Notes under the pieces: model-generated
What the model was told of the DNA's origin: nothing
Database searches by the model: none
Seen by the model: the letters and a program-made list of their open reading frames with translations, nothing else
Part shown: positions 28,822 through 36,127 of the stretch, in pieces
Layout: the number at the start of each line of letters is the position of its first letter
Numbering within the stretch: position 1 is the first letter of the stretch
Program-made: the position numbers and the translations under genes
Assembly: GCA_965228895.1 (NCBI GenBank)
Contig: OZ245842.1
Location: forward strand, 32,001-96,000
DNA from: Alphaproteobacteria bacterium
GTDB lineage: Bacteria > Pseudomonadota > Alphaproteobacteria > SP197
DNA length: 64,000 nucleotides
Direction: 5' to 3'

Positions 28822-29727
28822 CTAGCTGGCCTTCGCCTCGGCCACCACCCAATCACGAAAGGCGCGAACATTCGCGCGCTCCAGCGCGGCCGGCAGGCAA
28901 ACGAAATGCACCTTGAAGTCGAGCGGCAGGCTGATGTCGAACGGGCGGACGAGCCGGCCCGCGGTCATGTCGTCGCCCGCCGTTGAGTCGGTTGCCAGCG
29001 CAACGCCGCGGCCCATGATGGCGGCCTCAACAACCAGGCCGGCGCTATCAAAGTGAGGCCCGCGCTTGGCGTCGACATTGGTGACGCCGGCGGCTCTAAG
29101 CCACATTTCCCAATCCAGCGCCGGCCCGCCAACTGCCCAGCTGTCGTCGTGCAGCAACGTGTGGTGTTTTAGGTCGCCGGGCTCGTGAAGCGGGTGATCG
29201 CCGGTCAAGAACGCGGGGCTGCACACCGGAAAGAGATCGCTCTCCAGTAGAACCTCGGCGTGAAGTCCCGGGTAAGGACCGCGGCCATAACGCAAAGCCA
29301 CGTCGACTCCATCCTTGGCGAAGTCGACCACCAGGTTGTTGGCGGAGATGTGCACATCGATCTCAGGATGAGCGTCCTGAAATCTACTGAGACGCGGTAA
29401 CAGCCACTTGGCTGCCACCGAAGGCGAAGCGCTCAAGATGAGCGCATGAGGGTCGTCGTCGGCGCCTAAACGCGTCATCGCGCGGTCAAGCGCGGCAAAG
29501 CCCTCGCTGACATCGGGCAGGATAAGGCGCCCGGCATCGGACAGGGTGAGGTTGCGGTTGTTGCGGATGAACAGCTGGCAATCCCACCGTTCCTCCAGCC
29601 CTTTGATCTGATGGCTGATCGCTGCCGGGGTGACGTGGAGTTCTTGCGCTGCCTTGCTGAAGCTCAGATGGCGCGCTGCCGCCTCAAACGCCCTGAGCGC
29701 GTTCAGCGGCAGTTGGGCAATCGTCAT
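28822..29727 (-). CDS. GcvA-like LysR regulator
   Basis: LPLNALRAFEAAARHLSFSKAAQELHVTPAAISHQIK; start trimmed to 29727. Confidence 0.95.
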   Translation of the reverse strand: MTIAQLPLNALRAFEAAARHLSFSKAAQELHVTPAAISHQIKGLEERWDCQLFIRNNRNLTLSDAGRLILPDVSEGFAALDRAMTRLGADDDPHALILSASPSVAAKWLLPRLSRFQDAHPEIDVHISANNLVVDFAKDGVDVALRYGRGPYPGLHAEVLLESDLFPVCSPAFLTGDHPLHEPGDLKHHTLLHDDSWAVGGPALDWEMWLRAAGVTNVDAKRGPHFDSAGLVVEAAIMGRGVALATDSTAGDDMTAGRLVRPFDISLPLDFKVHFVCLPAALERANVRAFRDWVVAEAKAS

Positions 29728-29743
29728 GACAATCCTGACCGCG

Positions 29744-29807
29744 TTAGATTTCCTAAAGCATAGGCTGAGAACAAATCGTTCGTCCAAGCTGCTCAAGAAC
29801 CCTATTT
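29744..29807 (+). promoter_or_regulatory. LysR-dependent promoter, module 1
   Basis: TTAG-ATTTC-CTAA dyad ...TGAG...TCGTT...CCTATTT. Confidence 0.7.
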
Positions 29808-29859
29808 CTGGTGACGAGCGCCGACGCCGCGGCATCTTGACCGGAAAAGGAAAAATAAC

Positions 29860-30228
29860 ATGGATACGTCATTGGATCGAGATCTGTTGCGTCACGTTTC
29901 AGGTCCGGCCCCCCTGGGCGGCGAGCCGGTTTTGCGTTACGACGGTCCACGCCCAAGCGGTCAGCGATTTGGCGTTGGTCCGCGGATTGCGGATCTGGCG
30001 CGGCGTCTGTGGCGCGCCATCCGGGTTGCCCAGGAAACCAGGGCGACGGCGCGAGCGCTAGCGGTTCTCGACAACCGGGCCCTCAGCGATATCGGCGTTA
30101 GCCGAGGCTCGATTCCCGCGGTCGCGCAACAGGCGGCCTCAGCCCATCTGGCGGTCGCAGGCTTGGCGTGGACATCGGCTGGCAGCGCGCGTGCGGAGAA
30201 CGACAACCGGGCGCATCGCGCCGCGTAG
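29860..30228 (+). CDS. DUF1127-domain small protein
   Basis: R.T.R.L..LD.R.L.DIG.SR..I signature. Confidence 0.85.
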   Translation: MDTSLDRDLLRHVSGPAPLGGEPVLRYDGPRPSGQRFGVGPRIADLARRLWRAIRVAQETRATARALAVLDNRALSDIGVSRGSIPAVAQQAASAHLAVAGLAWTSAGSARAENDNRAHRAA

Positions 30229-30242
30229 GGCTGGTCGAGCCA

Positions 30243-30306
30243 CTAGAGCGGGTCGTGGTCAGGTGGAACCGCGCCGGTTCCACCTGACCACGTGAACTTG
30301 CTCTAG
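30243..30306. repeat. CTAG-bounded single-arm palindromic repeat
   Basis: CTAGAGCGGGT-CGTGGTCAGGTGGAACC-loop-GGTTCCACCTGACCACG-TGAACTTGCTCTAG; includes the LysR stop codon. Confidence 0.8.
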
Positions 30307-31211
30307 ATGGCCAAGGCGTCGCTTGCGGCCTCGGCTTCGTTCATCAACCAGCTTCGAAATGCCGCGACTTTGGGTTTGCGTAGCGCGCCCTTGGGGTAGA
30401 CGAGATAGTGCGACAGGTTCTCGTCGGTCAGGTCGCCAAACGGCATGACCAGGCGGCCGTCATCAAGATCGTCCTGAACGATGACACGGCTGCCCAGCGC
30501 GACACCCAGACCGGCCGCCGCCGCTTCGAGCGCCTGATCGTGGGTGTCGAAGAAAAGCCCTTTCTTGCTGTCGACGCCTTTGACGTGGAGCGCGGTCAGC
30601 CAGAAGCGCCAGTCCTCGTCGTCGCCGTCATGCAGCAATGAAAAGTTGCGCAGATCCTCCGGGCGCTCCAGGGGCGTTTCGCCGCGCATCATCGATGGGC
30701 TGCAGACCGCGACATAACGATCCTCGAACAGCTTGTCACATTCCAGATCGCTCCACTGGCCTTTGCCGTAACGAATGCCGAGATCGACGTCCTCGCGGGC
30801 GAAGTCGACGCTGCGCTCGGTCGTGGCAATGCGCACCTCGATGTCGGGATGAGCTTTCTGAAAACTGCCAAGGCGAGGAATGAACCAGCGCACGGCGAAG
30901 GTCGGCAGCATGGTGACCGACAGCGGGCCATGGGCCTCATGGTTCTGCACGAGATCGGTGCCGTCGGCGATCAGGTCAAAGGCTTGGCGCAAGAACGGCA
31001 GATAGAGCTCACCTTCATCGGTTAGCCAAAGACCGCGGCCGTGGCGCTCGAACAAACGAAGCTGAAGCCGGTCCTCAAGCGCCTTGACCTGATGGCTGAC
31101 GGCGGCCTGCGTGACGCTCAGTTCCTCGGCGGCGCGGGTAAAGCTCTGATGGCGTGCGGCGGCCTCGAAGGCGCGCAACGCGTTCAGGGGCGGCAGTTTT
31201 CGAGCGGTCAT
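30303..31211 (-). CDS. GcvA-like LysR regulator (second tandem copy)
   Basis: LPPLNALRAFEAAARHQSFTRAAEELSVTQAAVSHQVK. Confidence 0.95.
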   Translation of the reverse strand: MTARKLPPLNALRAFEAAARHQSFTRAAEELSVTQAAVSHQVKALEDRLQLRLFERHGRGLWLTDEGELYLPFLRQAFDLIADGTDLVQNHEAHGPLSVTMLPTFAVRWFIPRLGSFQKAHPDIEVRIATTERSVDFAREDVDLGIRYGKGQWSDLECDKLFEDRYVAVCSPSMMRGETPLERPEDLRNFSLLHDGDDEDWRFWLTALHVKGVDSKKGLFFDTHDQALEAAAAGLGVALGSRVIVQDDLDDGRLVMPFGDLTDENLSHYLVYPKGALRKPKVAAFRSWLMNEAEAASDALAI

Positions 31212-31218
31212 GGTCGAA

Positions 31219-31282
31219 TAAGATTTCCTAATGTCTCCTGTGAGCAGATGTCGTTTGCCGCGGCGCCGCTGTCAACCTATTT
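31219..31282 (+). promoter_or_regulatory. LysR-dependent promoter, module 2
   Basis: TAAG-ATTTC-CTAA...TGAG...TCGTT...CCTATTT; aligns without gaps to module 1. Confidence 0.7.
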
Positions 31283-31361
31283 TTCCCATCAGACAAGAGA
31301 TCGAGCCGGCTCACCCGGCCGCCGCAGCCGCCGCGAAGGCAGCGTTTTGATAAGGAGAAGT

Positions 31362-31499
31362 ATGATGGTTATCCGCAACAACACAACCAAACAGCGTATC
31401 AATGAGGCCGGCCGCGACCAGCGCCGCGTCAAGATCAGCAACCAGACCATGTCGCCCTTCGGTGGTGTGTTCAACGCGCTGAGGCCTCTGATCCAATAA
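31362..31499 (+). CDS. Hypothetical 45-aa small protein
   Basis: TAAGGAG RBS, MMVIRNNTTKQRINEAGRDQRRVKISNQTMSPFGGVFNALRPLIQ*, upstream promoter motif and downstream terminator. Confidence 0.65.
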   Translation: MMVIRNNTTKQRINEAGRDQRRVKISNQTMSPFGGVFNALRPLIQ

Positions 31500-31568
31500 G
31501 CCATAGGGCCCCCGACCGGGGCGGGCGCGGATTGCGGCGGCGGCCGCCCGAACCGGTCAAGGCCTTGC

Positions 31569-31609
31569 AAGGGCGGGATTGTCAGAAATGGCAATCCCGC
31601 CTTTTCTTT
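31569..31609 (+). terminator. Rho-independent terminator
   Basis: GGCGGGATTGTCA-GAAA-TGGCAATCCCGCC followed by TTTTCTTT. Confidence 0.88.
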
Positions 31610-31729
31610 GCGCGGTTCGATGTCCGCCCATCCGGTCACCACGCGAACCAATTCAAACAAGGCCGGATCTGATTTAGGTTGGTCGGGTTCCACGCTTACC
31701 AACACGACGCCGGACCGGGGGCGCCTTCG

Positions 31730-32818
31730 TTGACGGTCAAGACACCAAAAGGGCCTGCCGTCCTCGGATCGAGCCGGGTGTGGCCGGCGACGTTGTTCGC
31801 ACTGGCCCTGGGCAGTCTTGGGGGCGCGGTGTTCTGGCGTCTCGACCTGCCGCTGGCCTGGATGCTGGGCGCCATGGTGATCGTGACCATTGCCGCCCTG
31901 GTCCGTGCGCCAGTCCATCTGCCGCTTAGCCTGCGCACGGCCATGATGGCGGTGCTCGGTGTCATGCTGGGCAGTTCGTTCTCGCCCGAGATTCTGGGCA
32001 AGGCTGGCGAATGGGTCATCAGCCTGGCCTGCCTGGTGCCTTATCTGCTGATCGCCACGGGCCTGTGTTACGCCTATTTTCGCGCTGCCGCGGGGTATCA
32101 CCCGGTGACCGCCTTCTTTTCTGGCGTGCCCGGCGGTTTGAGCGAGATGATCATGCTGGGAACCGCCATGGGCGGCGATGTCCGTGCGATATCCCTGGCC
32201 CATGCCGCGCGCATCCTGCTCGTGGTCTCGGTGATCCCCGTCTGGTTCCAGGTCGCCGGTTCGTATGATCCCGCCATGAACGCGCCGCCGGATCAAATCC
32301 ATGTCGCCGATCTGTCATGGGACGACATCCTGATCCTATCGGCATGTGCCGTCCTCGGCCTGTTGGCGGCACGCCGCCTGAGGCTGCCGGCAGCGCCTTT
32401 GCTTGGTCCAATGGTGTTAAGCGCCGTCGTTCACCTGGCGGGCTTGACGGGTTCCATCCCGCCGGTGGAGGCGGTTGCCGCAGCGCAGATCGTCTTGGGG
32501 ACGGCCATCGGTTGCCGCTTTGCCGGCACGGCGACAGGCGCCGTGCTCAGGGCCATCGTTCTGGCATTGGGTGCGCTTGTCATTCTGCTGGTCGTCGCCG
32601 TCTGCTTCGCCCTGGGCTTGGCGTTTGCCACCGGCCTTGCGTTCGACGCACTGCTTCTGGCTTATGCGCCCGGCGGATTGGCCGAGATGACCTTGATTGC
32701 GCTCTCCAAAAACATCGATCCTGCCTTTGTCAGTGCCCATCATGTGGTCAGAATCGCTCTTCTGGTCACGATAGCGCCTATTCTTGCCCGATTTCTTTTT
32801 TCTCGCGCGAAATTCTGA
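31730..32818 (+). CDS. AbrB-family (AidB regulator / putative ammonia monooxygenase) membrane protein
   Basis: Duplicated PLAWMLG/PAAPLLGPM and PGGLSEM/PGGLAEM repeats; start uncertain. Confidence 0.85.
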   Translation: MTVKTPKGPAVLGSSRVWPATLFALALGSLGGAVFWRLDLPLAWMLGAMVIVTIAALVRAPVHLPLSLRTAMMAVLGVMLGSSFSPEILGKAGEWVISLACLVPYLLIATGLCYAYFRAAAGYHPVTAFFSGVPGGLSEMIMLGTAMGGDVRAISLAHAARILLVVSVIPVWFQVAGSYDPAMNAPPDQIHVADLSWDDILILSACAVLGLLAARRLRLPAAPLLGPMVLSAVVHLAGLTGSIPPVEAVAAAQIVLGTAIGCRFAGTATGAVLRAIVLALGALVILLVVAVCFALGLAFATGLAFDALLLAYAPGGLAEMTLIALSKNIDPAFVSAHHVVRIALLVTIAPILARFLFSRAKF

Positions 32819-32821
32819 CTG

Positions 32822-32836
32822 TTAACCCTTTCTAAA
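32822..32836 (+). promoter_or_regulatory. CtrA-like box upstream of pilin
   Basis: TTAA-N7-TAAA (one mismatch to TTAA-N7-TTAA). Confidence 0.45.
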
Positions 32837-32934
32837 GGGGGGTGGGCCATATTTTAGCGTGCCGGGGGTGCTGCAGATGGCAGAACGTCGCCCGCTTGGC
32901 AATCGTGCGCCATTTTGGCGCCAGGAGGGACCGC

Positions 32935-33141
32935 ATGTCCGAGAGTTTATGGGTGCGTTGCCGACGCGGGTTCGGTGCAATTGCCGGCAACCGTGACGGT
33001 GTCACGGCAATGGAGTACGCCTTGATTGCCGCTGCGGTAGCTGTTGCCCTTGCCGCAATCGTAGTCCTGCTTGGCGGCGAGATAGCCAACTTGTTCATCA
33101 CGGTCGAAAGTGAAGTGAGCAAAGTCTCCGATTCGAGCTAA
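32935..33141 (+). CDS. Flp/Fap type IVc pilin
   Basis: G|VTAMEYALIAA prepilin motif plus hydrophobic helix; AGGAGG RBS. Confidence 0.9.
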   Translation: MSESLWVRCRRGFGAIAGNRDGVTAMEYALIAAAVAVALAAIVVLLGGEIANLFITVESEVSKVSDSS

Positions 33142-33246
33142 GACCGCGCCACCACCAGCCTATCGGTATCGTCACGGTTGTTGCGGCCGGCGCTTGTTCG
33201 TGACACAACACCGCCGCCGCCGCCCACATCTGATGACTGTGACGGG

Positions 33247-34293
33247 ATGTCTTCTCTCGCGTCTTTCGATTCCGCTCCGGCGTGTGATCGCCTGCATACA
33301 CTCCTGGCCGAAAAGCCCTATCTTGTCGCCGATGGCGCCATGGGCACCAACCTGTTTGCGCTTGGCCTGCAGACCGGCGATGCACCAGAACTATGGAACA
33401 TCGACCATCCCGAGCGCCTGATCGATCTGCACGGTCGCATGGTGTCGGCCGGTGCCGACATTATCCTGACCAACAGTTTTGGCGGTACGCGCCACCGTCT
33501 GAAGCTCCACGACGCACAGGATCGCGTCAGTGAGCTGAACAGCGCCGCGGCGCGTCTGGCGCGCCAGGTCGCCGACGCCGCCGGTCGCCCGGTTCTTGTC
33601 GCCGGTTCCATGGGGCCGACCGGCGAAATCATGGAGCCGATCGGTGCGCTTTCGACCGATGATGCGGTCGCGGCGTTTCGCGAACAGGCCGAGGCACTCG
33701 CGGCCGGCGGTGCCGACATGATCTGGATCGAGACAATGTCGTCACGCGAAGAGGCCGAGGCCGCGATCGAAGCGGCCCGAGGCACGGCCCTGCCGATTGT
33801 CTGCACGATGACGTTCGATACCAACGGCCGCACCATGATGGGCGTGACGCCGGAAGCGGCAATCGCCTTCTATCGCGATCATGAGCCAGGACTGGCGGCG
33901 TGCGGCGCCAACTGCGGCAACGGGTTCGGCGAACTGATCGCCGCTGTCGCCGGCATGCATCAGGCAGGGACCAGCCACGATCCGGTGCTTGTTGCCAAGG
34001 GCAACTGCGGCATTCCGGAGTTTGTCGACGGAGAAATCCGCTACTCCGGCACCCCGGAACTGATGATGACCTATGCCCGGATGGCGTGCGACGCGGGCGC
34101 GCGGATCATCGGCGGTTGCTGCGGGTCGACGCCCGAACATGTCCGCGCGATCGTTGAAGCGCTTGACGGCTATGTGCCCGGTGACGCGCCGAACCTCGAC
34201 GGCATTCGCGATACACTCGGTCTGAACCGCGCCGCCGGTGTCGATGACGGCGCCCGTCCTACGCGGGCGCGCCGCAGCCGGCGCCGCAGTTAG
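33247..34293 (+). CDS. bmt: Homocysteine S-methyltransferase domain protein (bmt / split MetH)
   Basis: DGAMGTNL, GADIILTNSFG, GANCG, IIGGCCGSTPEH; start approximate. Confidence 0.85.
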   Translation: MSSLASFDSAPACDRLHTLLAEKPYLVADGAMGTNLFALGLQTGDAPELWNIDHPERLIDLHGRMVSAGADIILTNSFGGTRHRLKLHDAQDRVSELNSAAARLARQVADAAGRPVLVAGSMGPTGEIMEPIGALSTDDAVAAFREQAEALAAGGADMIWIETMSSREEAEAAIEAARGTALPIVCTMTFDTNGRTMMGVTPEAAIAFYRDHEPGLAACGANCGNGFGELIAAVAGMHQAGTSHDPVLVAKGNCGIPEFVDGEIRYSGTPELMMTYARMACDAGARIIGGCCGSTPEHVRAIVEALDGYVPGDAPNLDGIRDTLGLNRAAGVDDGARPTRARRSRRRS

Positions 34294-34333
34294 CCCAACG
34301 TTCTGGAACAGGTGGCGGGGCCGGCTCGTTCTA

Positions 34334-34412
34334 TTGCACCGCAACCTATCCAGAAGTGACCGGACAGGCCCCTTGCAGCCGGCTTGGCAACGTTCTATTG
34401 TGCACTGCACAA
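34334..34412. promoter_or_regulatory. Two PhaR/AniA-like TGC-N3-GCA boxes
   Basis: TTGCACCGCAA (34334) and TTGTGCACTGCACAA (34398), each led in by CGTTCTATTG. Confidence 0.6.
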
Positions 34413-34433
34413 GATTCTTATGGAGCCTGATCG

Positions 34434-34895
34434 ATGGATCAAGCGGTGACGGACCACTTCAACGACTACTATGTCGGCCAGACCGAAAGTTATGCGCGGA
34501 CGATCTCGGAAACGGACATCGTTCTGTTTTCGGGCGTTTCCGGTGACGATAACCCCGTCCACCTAAACGAAATCTACGCGGCGGAGTCCTTCTTTAAGGG
34601 CCGCATCGCCCACGGCATGCTGACCGCCAGCTACATCTCGACCGTGATTGGGACCCGGCTTCCGGGACCCGGCACCATCTACCTGGGCCAGAATCTGACG
34701 TTCTGGGCGCCGGTCCGGGCGGGGGACACGGTGACGGCGACCGTGACGATCAAGGCGATCGATCCGGAAAAGCGGCGGCTTACGTTGACGACCAACTGCA
34801 CCGTCGGCGACGAGACCGTCATCGAAGGCGAGGCGCTTGTCATGCTCCCGCTTCCCGAAGACGCCAAGGCGACGGAGAAAGGCGCTCCCGCCTAG
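34434..34895 (+). CDS. MaoC-family (R)-specific enoyl-CoA hydratase, PhaJ-like
   Basis: SGD.NPVH....A...F.GRIAHGML. Confidence 0.9.
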   Translation: MDQAVTDHFNDYYVGQTESYARTISETDIVLFSGVSGDDNPVHLNEIYAAESFFKGRIAHGMLTASYISTVIGTRLPGPGTIYLGQNLTFWAPVRAGDTVTATVTIKAIDPEKRRLTLTTNCTVGDETVIEGEALVMLPLPEDAKATEKGAPA

Positions 34896-34944
34896 CGTAC
34901 GGACCCGGTTGTGTCCCCGGCGCCTTGCGGTTAGGACAGGCGCC

Positions 34945-35946
34945 ATGATCATTCAGCACGAGATTGACGCGACGTCCGACGCGTTGCGCGGCGGCGTTTT
35001 TGCGCTCGGCAACTTCGACGGCGTGCATCGCGGCCATCGCGCGGTGATCGACGCGGCCGGTGCCCTGGCCCGTGCCGAAGACAGGCCCTGGGGCGTGATC
35101 ACCTTCGAACCGCATCCGCGCGAATTCTTCCAAGCCTCGTCCGTGCCGTTCCGATTGACGCCGTTTCGCCAGAAGGCGCGGTTGCTCAACAACATCGGCA
35201 TCGACGTCATGGTCAATCTGCCGTTCGCCGGCGACATGGCCGGGCGCAGCGCCCAGGATTTCGTCATGGAAGTTTTGGTCGATGGCCTCGGACTGGCGCA
35301 CGTCGTGACCGGGCCGGGCTTTGTCTTCGGCAAGGGCCGGCGCGGCAACGGTTATGTCCTCAGTCACATGGCGGGCATGGAGGGGTTTGGCTACACCGAG
35401 ATCGAGACCTACCTGGATCAAGACAAAAAGGTCTCATCGACCGAAATCCGTGTCCTGCTGCGCCGCGGCCAGGTCGATCGCGCGAACGCGCTGCTCGGCC
35501 ATTTGTGGGAATTCGAGGGCCGCGTCGGACCCGGCGACAAGCGCGGCCGCACCATGGGTTTTCCGACCGCGAACCTGTCGCTGGACGAGCGTCTGCATCC
35601 CGGACCGGGCATTTATGCCGTCCGCGCTGGTCTGGCGGAATCCGGCGCCGAGGGCTGGGACAGCGGCACCACGTGGTATGACGGCGCCGCCTATATCGGC
35701 ACGCGGCCGACCTTTGACGGCAAGACCGTGGTCCTGGAGACGTATCTGTTCGATTTTGACGGCGATCTTTATGACCAGCGTCTGCGTGTTGCCTTTGTCG
35801 AACGGGTCAGAAAGGACATGACGTTTACCGGCATGGACGATCTGGCGCGACAGATGGAAGACGACTGCAACCGGGCCCGCGACGTCCTGGCGGTGCTGGA
35901 TGGCCGGTCGCCGGAGACCTCGGGCCTGCCGAAGGTGGCGGTTTGA
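34945..35946 (+). CDS. ribF: Bifunctional riboflavin kinase / FAD synthetase
   Basis: GNFDGVHRGH, SST.IR, GFPTAN. Confidence 0.96.
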   Translation: MIIQHEIDATSDALRGGVFALGNFDGVHRGHRAVIDAAGALARAEDRPWGVITFEPHPREFFQASSVPFRLTPFRQKARLLNNIGIDVMVNLPFAGDMAGRSAQDFVMEVLVDGLGLAHVVTGPGFVFGKGRRGNGYVLSHMAGMEGFGYTEIETYLDQDKKVSSTEIRVLLRRGQVDRANALLGHLWEFEGRVGPGDKRGRTMGFPTANLSLDERLHPGPGIYAVRAGLAESGAEGWDSGTTWYDGAAYIGTRPTFDGKTVVLETYLFDFDGDLYDQRLRVAFVERVRKDMTFTGMDDLARQMEDDCNRARDVLAVLDGRSPETSGLPKVAV

Positions 35947-35988
35947 TGCGCCTCGACTTGCCCCTTTGGGGCTGGTAAAACCCGCGCC

Positions 35989-36069
35989 ATGCCGGCCAAA
36001 CGTTTCATAACGGGGCGCGCGCCTTTGGCCATAGAGCCCGCGCGAATTATCGGCCCGGTCCTGATCTAA
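35989..36069 (+). CDS. Putative Ile-rich leader peptide (26 aa) upstream of ileS
   Basis: MPAKRFITGRAPLAIEPARIIGPVLI*; Ile codons ATA, ATA, ATT, ATC, ATC; ATG 7 nt after TAAAAC; stop codon lies in a hairpin loop. Confidence 0.65.
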   Translation: MPAKRFITGRAPLAIEPARIIGPVLI

Positions 36070-36127
36070 GGGCCGGGACGCCTTCCGTCATCCCGTTTGA
36101 TAAGTTTTCCGACAAAGGTTGCGTGTC

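Noticed and set aside
33142-33246. SAM-II or SAM/SAH riboswitch before bmt (GTCACG...CGTGAC stem)
   Set aside because: The conserved aptamer nucleotides are not recognisable.
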